A DNA stretch of 20,000 bases, from positions 50,297-70,296 of the forward strand of contig CALSCO010000253.1 in NCBI GenBank assembly GCA_943704415.1, given 5' to 3'. The notes below the pieces were generated by a model. The model saw only the letters and a program-made list of their open reading frames with translations, had not been told where the DNA came from and did no database searches. Within the stretch, counting starts at the first letter, position 1, and the number at the start of each line of letters is the position of its first letter. The DNA comes from Parvularia atlantis. Taxonomy: Eukaryota. Of this stretch, positions 10,189 through 20,000 are shown piece by piece. The position numbers and the translations under genes are program-made.

Positions 10189-13064
10189 TTATCCACTGTG
10201 TACACGTTTCAAAGGCAGCTCGTTGTCACGCGCGAACCGCGCCAGCAGGTCCGTGAGCGTCACGGTCTCGCTGTCCTTGGTGCCTGGCGCGAGCACACGC
10301 TCAGCGGCAGAGCATCGCGCAGCCCGCCGGCCCGGCGACGCACCGCGCGGCCGCACGCTCACGGTCGACGCCGCCGCCTCCTGCTCGCCGACAACGAGGA
10401 CGTAGTTGTACCCGAGCGTCGCGCCGTCGAGCACGGCCCGGCGGAGGCGCTGCGCGCCGCGTGCGAATGGGTGAGCCTCGTCACGGTGTGACAGCCGCAC
10501 ATACCTCTCTGCTCAGCTCGGCCGAGCAGCCGATTGCGCGCACGCGGTCGACGACCTCTTGCGCATACGCTGCAAAGCTGTCGTGCACGGGCACGACAAG
10601 CGCATGGCGCGGACTCAGCCAGAACGGCCACTTGCCTGCGCGCGCAGCGTGAGCGGCACGAAGCGGCGCAGCTTGGCGCGCGCGTGCGCGAAAGACCGGC
10701 GTAGTGCTCGGTCAGGATGCCCATCATGCGCTCGACCGAGCCCAGCACGGCGCGGTGAATGATCACCGGCCGCTTGCCCGCGCCGTCCGAGTCCGTGTAC
10801 TGCAACTCGAAGCGCTCCTGCAGCGCGCACCCATCAGTAACAGCAATCGGGTCGCGACCCGCTGCCCCCGGCGCGCACCGGCAGCTGGAAGTCGAGCTGC
10901 ACGGTGGCCGTCTGGTGCCGCCGGCCGACGGCGTCCTGCACGGTGATGTCGATTTTCGGGCCGTAGAAGGCGCCGTCGCCCTCTGCGATCGAGAACGGCC
11001 TGCCCGTGGCGACGAGCGCTGCGCCGCACATCAGCCCCTTGTCTAGCCAGCCGCGCACCCGCATTTGCACCCTCGTGCAGGCTCGCCTCGGCGCGCTCCC
11101 ACACGGCGAGTTCGCCCAGGTACTTGGCCGGCCGCGTCGACAGCGCCAGGTCAAAAGCAAAGCCAAAGACGCCGTACACATCCGCGATCATGCGCAGCAC
11201 ACCCGCGACCTCGTCCCGCACCTTTCTCGCGCGCCCATGTCAAGACACGCGCCCGCGCGCACGGTCGCGCGGCACCTGGTCCTGCCGACAGAAGATGTGC
11301 GCGTCGTCCTGCATGAACTTGCGCACGCGGGTCAGGCCTGACAGCGCGCCCGAGATCTCATTGCTGGGTGTGTGGTGTGCCGCCAAGCGTCAGCCGCGAG
11401 CAGCAGCACCTCGCCCACACGCGCCGGTGCAGCGGGCTAAAGTCAGCGATGCGCACGGGCAGGTCGCGGTACGAGCGTGGCTCGTGCGCAAAGACGAGGC
11501 AGTGGCCGGGGCAGTTCATCGGCTTGAGCGCCATCAGGCCGTGCTCGTCACCCTCGCCGTGCACGTGCCCGTGTCCGTCCTCGTCCGCGTGCTGGTGCCC
11601 GCCGAGCTGCACCAGGAACATGTCCTCGCGGTAGTTGTCCCAGTGGCCGGACGTTTCCCACAGCTTCTTCATGTACAGCTGCGGCGTGATCACCTCCTCG
11701 TACGCGCGCGAGTGGTAGAGCGAGCGCATGAATTCGATCAGCTGCGCCACACCACACATCAGCGCAAGCCGGCGCAGCGGCAGTCAGCGCACCCGGTTGC
11801 AGATGTGCGTCCCGTGCGGCAGCATGAAAACGCTGCCCGGGCTCAGCTCGTGCATCATAAACAGCCGCTGCTGCCGGCCGATGACGCGGTGGTCGCTGCG
11901 CTTGATCTGCGCACGCCGGCGGGCGGCTTGGACAGGCCACGCGCGTGCGCCGGCCACGCGCGCACCCGCTCTTGCTCGTCTTTCCACGCGCGCAGCTGGC
12001 TCGCCTCCGGGAACGCGATGCCGTAGACGCGCTGCAGCTGCTCGTTGCTCTGCTGCCCGAGCCAGTACGCGCCCGAGGCCTGCAGCGTCTCGAAGGCGCG
12101 CACCTGTGCCGCGCGGGGCCCCGCAGCGTGTCAGCATACGCGCATGGAAGCACGCCAGCACGCGCGCACCAGGCCCGTGTGTGGGATGTGCGGCCCGCGA
12201 CAAAAGTCGATAAAGTCGTGGCAGCGGTAGAGCGTCACGGGCGCGTTGGCCGGCGCCTTGGCGATGAAGTGCTGCTTGAAGCGGTTGTCGTCAAACATGT
12301 GCAGCGCAAACTGCGACGCTCTCGGCGTTGGAGGCGCACGGCACGCCAGCTGGCTCTGCGCACCTCGCGCGACACCTCGAGGCGCTCGAACGGCGCGCGC
12401 TCGGCCGCCACCGCCTGCGCCGTGCGCGTGATCACCGCGAGGTCGTCGTCGGTCAGCATCGCGCGCGGCCCGCCGCCGTGGTCCAGGTGGAACTCGTAGA
12501 AGAAGCCGCCGCGCGAGCTGCGCGCCGCGTGTGCGCGTGAACAGCGCCCGCTCACGTCGCGCGGTCTGCGGCGCACATCGCCGGCCCGTCGCACAGCAGC
12601 ACGCGGTCGCCGTAGATGCGCTCGAGCGCGGCGCCGAGCACGTGCGCCGACGAGTGCCAGAAGACGTCGCGCCCTTCGGCGTCGCCAAAGCCGAGTAGCT
12701 CGACGGCGCACGACGCGGCGAGCGGCCGCGCGAGGTCGTGCAGTCGCGCGCCGTCCAGCCGTGCGACGAGCGCATCGCGCAGCAGCTGCACCTGGTTGGC
12801 GTCTGTGCCGCGGTGCGCGGCCGTTCAGATGCTTGGCTGCGCTTGCGCGAGCCGAATGCGATTTCGCACACCGCGCAGCAGGCTCAGCACGGACACGTGC
12901 CCCGCGGCGCCCGACAGCTCGAGCCGGTGGCGCGGCAGGCGGACCACGATGGCGCTGTCCGCACAACGATCCTCCTGCTGCTGCTGCTGCCGCGCCCGCT
13001 CGGCGTCGAACAGCGCGACGCGGCGCCGGATGCGCTCGCTGGCTGTCACTAAGGCGCGCCGCAT
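10189..13064 (-). CDS. TARS: Threonyl-tRNA synthetase, eukaryote-type (divergent, possibly the mitochondrial copy)
   Basis: About 14 exons. Motifs [125 protein letters not shown]. Stop TAA at 10189-10191. Confidence 0.95.
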
Positions 13065-13112
13065 GGGCAGAAAGCTCCAGCAACCTGCCGACGCTACACA
13101 TCGCCTGCCTGC

Positions 13113-16100
13113 TCAGTCGACCTCCATGTTGGCGTCGCCGTTGGCCGTGGCGGCCGGCGCGGGCTCGGGTGCGGGCGTGGGCGTGGGCGTGGGCGCCTCG
13201 GTCTTGGGTGGCTGCGGCTGCGGCTCACTCTTGGGTGGCTCCTCGGCCTTGGGCTTGGGCTTGGGCTTGTTGAGGATGGGCGAGCAGAACGAGACGAGGG
13301 CCTGAGGCGGATGCGCGCGCGGGTGAGCACACTCCCGTGGTCAGCGTGAGGGGCGCACCTCACGCTCGGCATAGATGGCCTGCGTGCGCAAGACGGGCGT
13401 GTCCCAGAGCTTGAGCTTGTCCTGCTGGGCGGCGAGGTCGTTGAGCCACTTGAGCTTCTCGTTGCACTTGTCGGTGACCTTGGCCTGCGAGCGCACCCAT
13501 GGGTCAGTGATGTGTGCGGCGGGGGAGGTGGAAGCAGGAGCAAAGAGGCGTACCCGGTCCTCCTCGTTCAAGTGCTCAAACTTCTCCTCCCACGACTGCG
13601 CCGCGCTGAGCAGCTGGTTGGCCGTGGTGCGGAGGTCGGTGATCGCCTGTGCTCGCGTGGGGTCAGTGCACATAAGCGCGTATCCCACGCGGACGCCGAC
13701 CTTCTGGCGTGTGTCGGCGTCGTTGTACCGGTCGAGCATAGGGCCACCGACCTTCTTCAGCGCGTCCAAGCGCTCGACAAAGACACTCTTGGTCGCAGTC
13801 TCGCCCTCGTTGTACAGCCAGTCCTCGGTCTGTGCGGGAGCGCGTCAGTGCGTGCACCGCAACGGGTCGGCGTGCGTGCACGCACCTCGCCCAGCATTTT
13901 CGTGAAGCTCTCCTTCGTGGGCTCGTCGATGTACTTGCCCGGCTCGGACGAGAGCTTGTTGCGCATGTCGTAGATGTACTCTGGCCATCGCGCGCGCGTG
14001 AGCACACCGGCCGCGCGACCGCAAAGTGCCGCACCCTCGAGGTTGTTGCGCTTCTCCTGCGTGTCGGCGATGAGCTTGTCGCTGGTGATCATGGCGACCT
14101 CGGCCTCGCGGAACGACGCGACGGTCTGTTCAAGCGCGTCGTCAGTACGCTGCACGCGCGCCCGGGACCGCGCTGCGTACCTTGGGCGGCAGCGCCGCGC
14201 TCTCGATCGTCTCAAACTTGAGCTCGATCTTGCGCACCTTGCGCTTGCTCTGCGGCGTGCGGCGTGCCGTGAGAAGCCTCGCGCGGTGTCGTGCAACACG
14301 CGCGCGCACCTCCTCCTTCTTCTCGTCCTTCTTCTCGTCAGTGCCGCTCGCCGCCGGGGTCGACGGTTGCTCCTGCAGCGCACGTCAGCCAGGGGAGAGA
14401 GGTCTCGTCGCCAACGCCCGACGCACCTCGTCCTTGGCCGGCGTCGCGTCCATCTTGTCGCTTGAGCCGTCGGCGGCGGGCGTGGCGGCCGCGGTGGCGC
14501 CGGCGGGCTCAGCGATCTCCTCAAGCATGTGCGCCGACTCGACTGTGAAGATGCCGTTTGGGTTGAGGCGGACCTGCATTGGCGTGTGTACGTGAGCACG
14601 AAGCGCCAGCGCGTACGGCAGCAGCAGGGCGCGCGCCACGCACCTTGACCTTGACCTCGGCCGGCTGGTCGCCATTGAGCGGCTTGATGTCCTTGATCAG
14701 GAACTTGGCTGCGACGGCGCCTGTCAACGGCCGCGCCCCTCACGACCGCGTCGGCGCACCGATCTGCGTGCGCGTGCCGGGCGCGAGCTGGTGCGGGTTG
14801 GCGTACTGCGCGTGCAGCTCGAATGGGGCCTTGCGGAAGAACGTGAGCGCCTTGGTCGAGGGGAGGCCGTCGCCCTCTTTGAACACGACGGTCTCGCTGC
14901 ACGTGCGGCACAAGGGTCAGCCAGCACAACGCGAGCGACCGTGTGCAGCACGCACTGCGCCTCGCCGTTCTCCGACGTCCACGCGGCCTTGAGGTCAAAC
15001 ACGTTCACGTCCTTGAGCGCGTACTCGCGGACCTTGAACAGCGGGCTGATCATGGCGCACTGGCGAGGGCGAGTGCCCGAGCGCGCGCGTGAGCAGGTCG
15101 AGCGGCATGTGGAGGGTGTGGTGATGTGGCAGGCAGGATAGACCCCTTGGAGCGCACCACGGCGGAGGAGGGCGCGGGGGTGAGTAAGCCTTAACCCTCG
15201 CCCCGAAAGGCGAGCTGCTCTTGTTTGCGAATAAAATTGAACTCCCCCACTGAGGCAGGGAGAGAACAGAGTGTAGCAAACGTGCCAGAACCAAGCCATC
15301 CAAGCCTCCCCCGTGTGTACCCCACTGGAAAAAGCGCGCACACGCACCTGGAGGGCGCAGCCGCGCGCGACGGCCTCGTCCAGGTTGAGCGTCGTGCTCA
15401 GCAGGCCCTCCTTGTTGCCGAAAAAGTCCGACACGATCTTGCGGATGGCCGGCACGCGCGACGAGCCGCCAATCAGCTCCACAAACTCAACCTGGTCCTT
15501 GCGGATGCCTGCCCGCCGCCGCGCGCGCCGCTGTGAGCCACCAGCACAGTGAATGCAGCGTGCTGCACCGGCCGTGTGTAGCGCGACGCGCAGGGGCGCC
15601 TCGACGCGCTCGAGCGAGAGCTTGATCAGCTCCTCAAACTGCTCACGGTTCATCTGCGAGTGCACGTCGACCTCGTCCGTCAGGCTCTCGACATTGAGCA
15701 CGGCGTTCGAGTTGGCCGAGAGGACCTGCTAGGGGGGGTCAGCCCGGGTCCGTGGCCGACAACATCAGACGCGCCTTCTTGAGCCGCTCGCACGCCACAC
15801 GCAGGCGCAGCAGCGCCTTGGGCTTCGAGTTGACGTCGATCTTGTGTTTCGCCTGCGCGCGCACGCGCGCACGCTCAGCGTGTGTGCGAGTGTGCGAGTG
15901 TGTGCGCGCGCGCGCGTTTGTACAGTACCTGGATCTCCTTCACAAAGTGCTGCGTCAGATCCTCGTCAAACTGCCGGCCACCGACGTTGCGGTCGTACGC
16001 CGTGCCCTTGATGATCGCCTGGGACGACACGGTGTGAGCGCATGTCGCACCACGACGCCACCGCCGCCGCACTTTCTCCTTCGTGAACGCGGCGACGGTT

Positions 16101-17145
16101 ACAGTCATGGCGCTGTGGCCGACGTCGACAAACACGACGTGGCTGTGATGCTGCTCAGCCCTCCACGTGCATCAGGGCGCGCCCCGAGCAATGCGCACCG
16201 GGGCTCCGTGTCGGGCAGCTCGCCGACGCGCGTGATGCCGTACGCGAGGGCAGCTGCGCGTGCGGTCAGCGCCACGTGCGCAACGCGCAGCCGCGACCGC
16301 GCACCCGCCGCCGACTCGTTCATGAGGCGCAGCGGGTTGAGGCCGGCGATCTCGGCCGCATTAATGAGCGCGTGGCGCTGGCGGTCGGTGTAGTACACGG
16401 GCACCTGCGTGGGTGACGAGCGTCAGCCGACATGCCGTGGCGCACGCATGCGGCGGCACGCACCGACAGGACAATGTCCGAGACGGCGGTCTTGAGCGCG
16501 TCCTCGCCGATCTTCTTGACCATCGTCAGGTACATAGCCGCGAGCTGGGTCATCGAAAACGTCTTGTTCTCGCCCTGGTACTGGACCTATTGCGCACGTC
16601 AGCGTGCGTGAGCGCCGCGCGGGCAACGTCAAGACACGCGCCTCCGCTGCCGTCTCGCCGTTCTCGCCCGCAACAAGGTTGAACGTGCAGAAGCGCTTCT
16701 CGCTCTGCACATCCGGCTCGTCAAAGCTGCGGCCAAGCAGGCGCTTGATGGAGGTGATGTTGTTCTTGTAGTTCATGACCTCCTGCACGCCCGTCGGCCA
16801 CGCGCGTCACACTTCACAGCCGACGCAAAGCCACGGCCGCGCGCGTGCCTGCGTCTTGGCAGACTCGCCCAGGAGGCGCTGGTCACCGCTGAAGCCGACC
16901 ATAGCCGGCGTGAACCGGTTCGACACCTGCGCGCGGGGCACATTGTGAGTAGAAGTGCCTGCGACAATCAGCAGCGCAGTGTGTGCCTCGTTGACGAGGA
17001 TGTCGATGCCGCGGTTGCGCGGCGCGGCGATGCAGGTCTTGAATAGCCCGAGATCGACTGCGGGGGGGCGTACGACGGGGCCCGTCAGCGCGCTGGCTTG
17101 AGTGCGGGAGGGCGAGGGCGGCGTCGCACCGCCGGCGACAGACAT
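13113..17145 (-). CDS. HSP110: Hsp110/Sse1-family Hsp70 nucleotide exchange factor
   Basis: About 24 exons. [123 protein letters not shown]-terminal NMEVD. Confidence 0.96.
15122..15283 (-). ncRNA. Intronic box H/ACA snoRNA with an inserted UUCG hairpin
   Basis: Lies in the 288-nt Hsp110 intron 15060-15347. Hairpin 1 closed by GUUUGC (15281-15276)/GCAAAC (15228-15223); H box AGAGCA (15221-15216); CUCGCCU-UUCG-GGGCGAG (15214-15197); hairpin 2 GGUUAAGGC/GCCUGCC with ACCCC/GGGGU upper stem; ACA at 15127-15125. G-U pairs fit only the minus strand. Confidence 0.78.
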
Positions 17146-17282
17146 CGTGTCAGCAGACGCAAAGAGCTCGAGGAGCGGGGTGGAGTGGCGTTGCAGGCGG
17201 CGTCGGCGCGCGAGGGCGGACGCGTCGGGGTGCGGGTGCGGGTCGGGGCGCTGGAGGCGGCGGCGGATCGCGACAAACGCGG

Positions 17283-17349
17283 CGGCGGCGACGGCGGCGA
17301 CGGCGGCGACGGCGGCGACGGCGGCGACGGCGGCGACGGCGGTGGCGGC
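17283..17349. repeat. 9-nt tandem repeat (GACGGCGGC)n upstream of the Hsp110 ATG, probably in the 5' UTR
   Basis: About six tandem copies visible directly. Confidence 0.85.
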
Positions 17350-17429
17350 GAGGCTCAAGCTGGAGTCGGACAGCGACGGTTCGTCGGGCGGCGGCAGGAG
17401 GGCGCAGACGTGCGCGCTGTCGGCCAGGT

Positions 17430-17509
17430 CTGCGGGCAGGGCGCGGGCGGCGCGGGCGCGGGTCAGTGCAGGGCGCGCAACCGGGCAAAGGCGTGGCCAC
17501 GGCACAAAC
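17430..17509 (-). other. Probable 5' UTR intron of Hsp110
   Basis: CAG|GTTTGT donor at 17509, CTGAC branch at 17466-17462, GCAG acceptor at 17430; matches the window's intron pattern. Confidence 0.55.
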
Positions 17510-17535
17510 CTGCAGAGCGCAAAGTGACGCCCACT

Positions 17536-17572
17536 GGAAGCTTCGCAGGCGGCCACGTGGCCGCCACGTGGC
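17536..17572. promoter_or_regulatory. Candidate heat-shock element plus two palindromic CACGTG boxes
   Basis: GGAAGCTTCG (nGAAnnTTCn) at 17536-17545; GGCCACGTGGCC at 17551-17562 and GCCACGTGGC at 17563-17572, between divergent Hsp110 and membrane-protein genes. Confidence 0.45.
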
Positions 17573-17590
17573 CACATCCGTCGAGTTGCC

Positions 17591-18245
17591 ATGCGGCAGG
17601 TGTGCGTGGTGTGTATGCGGCTCAACGGCGGACGCTCATGTGCGCAACACGCTCGACCAGGGCGCGTGGGTCTCGGTGCTGTTTGCACTGCACGGCGCGT
17701 TCCTCGTCGGCACGGGCGTCGCCGCGTACGCGCTCGCGGGCTTCTCGCCGCGCGCGAGCACGGCGCTGACGATGGGGTGCGTGGTTTGCAGCACACGCAC
17801 GACAGCGCGCGGCGCAGGATGACGCGACGCGACGCGACCCAGCGGCGGCAGCGGCGCAGTGATGCTGCTTCTTGCGCTGCTCTCGAGCGGCGTGGTGCGC
17901 CCGCTGCGGCCGTACACTGGCGTGCTGCGCATCGTCGGGCAGCGTGCGTACATGGCGCATCGCGCATCGAGCGGGGCGCTGAACCGCGCCACAGTGCTCA
18001 TCGCGCTCTTCATCGGCGTGTTCTCGTGGCGCGCCCTGGCCATCCTTCACGTGCACGAGAAGGCGTACCTGCGCAACATGCTCGGCGCCATGAGCGTCGT
18101 CAGCGCGGCCGTCCTCATGCTCGTCTTCCCGGCCGCGGCCGCCGCGAGCCGCAAGGCCGCGCTGGGCGACGGCGACGACGACGACGATGATGACGACCAC
18201 GATGCGAGCGGCAACGGCGCGCGTCGCAAGAAAAAGACGCAGTGA
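17591..18245 (+). CDS. Small multi-pass membrane protein (about 4 TM, TMEM14-like) with C-terminal dilysine motif
   Basis: Exons 17591-17599, 17661-17776, 17843-18245. Hydrophobic segments [64 protein letters not shown]; poly-Asp; ends RRKKKTQ. Family assignment is inference. Confidence 0.7.
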
Positions 18246-18328
18246 CCTATGTACGTGTGATGTGCAGTGGTCATCAGTTAGCTGAGCCGTACGTAGTCGC
18301 TGCCTTCTCATCGTCATCGTCGGACGCC

Positions 18329-19585
18329 ATGGCACGGCCGCCGTACACGGTCAAAGTCACGTCGCGCGACGTGCACCAGGACGGCAAGGGGCAGGACTTT
18401 GTGGTGCGTGCGTGCGTGCGCGGTGTGCCGTGCCGCTACCGTCAACGCTCAACCCGGCTGACAGTTGTACCGGCACGAGGCCTCACGCGGCGACGAGCGG
18501 CACGTGATCCTCTCGCGCTACTCGCGCTTCGTGTGGCTGGACGAGCAGGTGCGCGCGGCGTACAAGGGAAACCACCTGCTGTCGAGCGTGCCGAGCCTGC
18601 CGAAGAAGCAGTGGAAGCTGATGGTACGGCTGTGCGCCTCCAGCCGTGCCGCAGCCGACGACGGCGCGCGTTTGCGGCAGGTCGACCACAAGAGCGACGC
18701 GTTCCTGGACGACCGCCAGCTGCAGCTCGAGCACTACCTGCAGACGCTCGCGCGGCTGCCCGGGATTGACAAGGTTGACGCGTTCAACACGTTCATCACG
18801 ACCAACTTCGCGCCCACGCCCAGCAACGACCAGGTGCGCGGCTGAGAGCCGCCGGGCCATCCGGGGTGTGTAACCAGGTGTAGGGCACGGTGAGAATCAC
18901 GACCACGGCCACGACCTCGGCGGGCCGTGACGACCCTGCCGCGGCCGACACGGCGCCCACGACGCCCACGCGCTCGCCCACGTCGGCCACGCCCACGTCG
19001 GCCCCACCTGGCGACTTTGTCATGATCGGCTTCCTGGCCAAGGAGGGCGCGGTGTACAAGGTGCGTATACCCCCGTCGTGGCGCACGGCACCGCGACCGA
19101 CCGAGGTGGCAAGGGCTTCCGCCGGCGGTGGTTCTGCCTGTCCAAGACGGGCGAGCTGACGTACTTCACGAACGCCAAGGTGTGCGCCTGACCCTGCCCT
19201 CGTATGCGTCTCATGCACTGTGCCGCCACGCACAGGACCGCGTGCCCAAGGGCTCGATCACGCTCGACAGGTACGCGGCCGTGCGCAAGGTTGAGGCAGC
19301 GCAGCCGGTGCCGCACAGCTTTCAGGCGCGCCCCCACTACGCACGCCCGGCGCGGCGCTGACCGCGAATGTGTGCAACACAGCTCGTCACGCCCAACCGC
19401 GTCTACGTGCTTGCAGCCGACACGTGCGCGCCGCTCGCCTGGCAGGAGACGTGGGTTTGACACGCGCACACGACAGAGAGGACTTGCGCAACCGGTGGTG
19501 CGACGCGATCTCGCAGTTCGCGCGACGCGTCAGTGCGATCGAGGCCGCTGCAGCGGCCAAGCCGATCTACGACGACTTTGTGTGA
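18329..19585 (+). CDS. PX domain + PH domain protein
   Basis: Exons 18329-18403, 18465-18623, 18681-18833, 18884-19060, 19114-19179, 19236-19325, 19383-19423, 19477-19585. PX: SRYSRF, PSLPKK, FLDDRQLQLEHYL. PH: GFLAKEGAVYKGFRRRWFCL, LTYF, PKGSITL, FQLVTPNRVYVLAAD, NRWCDAI. Confidence 0.88.
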
Positions 19586-19716
19586 GCCTGCCCAGCGCAG
19601 ATCCCTCCCTATCGGGCCTGCACGGCGCAGATCCCTCCGTGTGCATTACACGCTCCGTTTTTCCGGTGCTGCGTACATCCATCGCCGCCCTGAGCCTGCC
19701 CGGCGCCGATCCTTCC
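19584..19716. repeat. Three imperfect copies of a 25-nt motif between two convergent stop codons
   Basis: GAGCCTGCCCAGCGCAGATCCCTCC 19584-19608, GGGCCTGCACGGCGCAGATCCCTCC 19614-19638, GAGCCTGCCCGGCGCCGATCCTTCC 19692-19716. Confidence 0.8.
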
Positions 19717-19764
19717 TGTTGCATTGCATTGCACAACGACCAATGCCGCCAGCCCGCCCTTCAC

Positions 19765-20000
19765 TCAAAGGTCCTCCTCACCCTGCGGCCGCTCGCGCAG
19801 GATAAACAGGCTCTTGTCCGACGGCTCCACCGGCACGTCCTCGTTCTTGACCCGCACGAGGCGCTTGTTGCGCAGCACGTGCAGCACAAACGCCGCGTCT
19901 GAATCGGCGGCACGCCGTCAGTCACGGTCAGCTCGTTGTTGAACACCACCACGTCCGAGAGCCGGCTCTCGGCCGACAGCCCGGCCCACACGGGGGTCTG
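19765..20000 (-). CDS. 3' end of an unidentified gene ending in EEDL
   Basis: Two frames with high GC3 codon use (QTPVWAGLSAESRLSDVVVFNNELTVTDG and RLVRVKNEDVPVEPSDKSLFILRERPQGEEDL*), most simply joined by an intron at 19913-19864. Junction uncertain. Confidence 0.55.

Noticed and set aside
10636..10696. U12-type (minor) intron
   Set aside because: Donor is not GTATCCTT and there is no TCCTTAAC branch site.
15189..15198. CCTTAACCCT as a telomerase RNA template on the plus strand
   Set aside because: Surrounding stems need G-U pairs that exist only on the minus strand, where an H/ACA model explains the sequence.
16807..17967. 386-aa ORF as an N-terminal extension of Hsp110
   Set aside because: The conserved start MSVAGVDLG is at 17145; the upstream part is low-complexity, crosses introns and overlaps another gene.
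19584..19716. CRISPR-like array
   Set aside because: Eukaryotic context, only three degenerate repeats, irregular spacers and no cas genes.
19899..19915. 17-nt GC-AG micro-intron in the last gene
   Set aside because: A normal-sized 50-nt GT-AAG intron (19913-19864) restores the frame equally well.
1..20000. Pseudogenes, frameshifts, altered genetic code or transposons
   Set aside because: Apparent frame breaks are resolved by short introns under the standard code; no transposase or RT motifs or terminal repeats were seen.

Overview
Very GC-rich, gene-dense eukaryotic nuclear DNA, probably a non-opisthokont protist (lineage not determinable here). By hand I resolve about 80 short introns (mostly 45-80 nt, GTGCG...CTGAC/CTCAC...GCAG), so the supplied ORF track is mostly fragments and antisense shadows. 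Eleven protein genes in order: septin (-, truncated), alpha/beta hydrolase (+), secreted LEA-like repeat protein with a Cys-rich tail (+), CstF-64/Rna15 (-), RPL5 (+), RPL14 (-), threonyl-tRNA synthetase (-), Hsp110/Sse1 (-), small membrane protein (+), PX-PH protein (+), and the 3' end of an unknown gene (-). Two long introns hold snoRNAs: a C/D snR60/SNORD80-type guide in RPL5 and an H/ACA RNA with an extra UUCG hairpin in Hsp110. Main points of interest: (1) both ribosomal protein genes share a TOP-like start, an ATG-only first exon and an identical 16-nt GGAT-repeat element about 100 nt into intron 1, and have almost no upstream space; (2) CDS-to-CDS gaps are only 27-59 nt; (3) GC-AG introns (about 7 of 80) and AAG acceptors are unusually frequent. 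All gene models are manual and unverified by transcripts.
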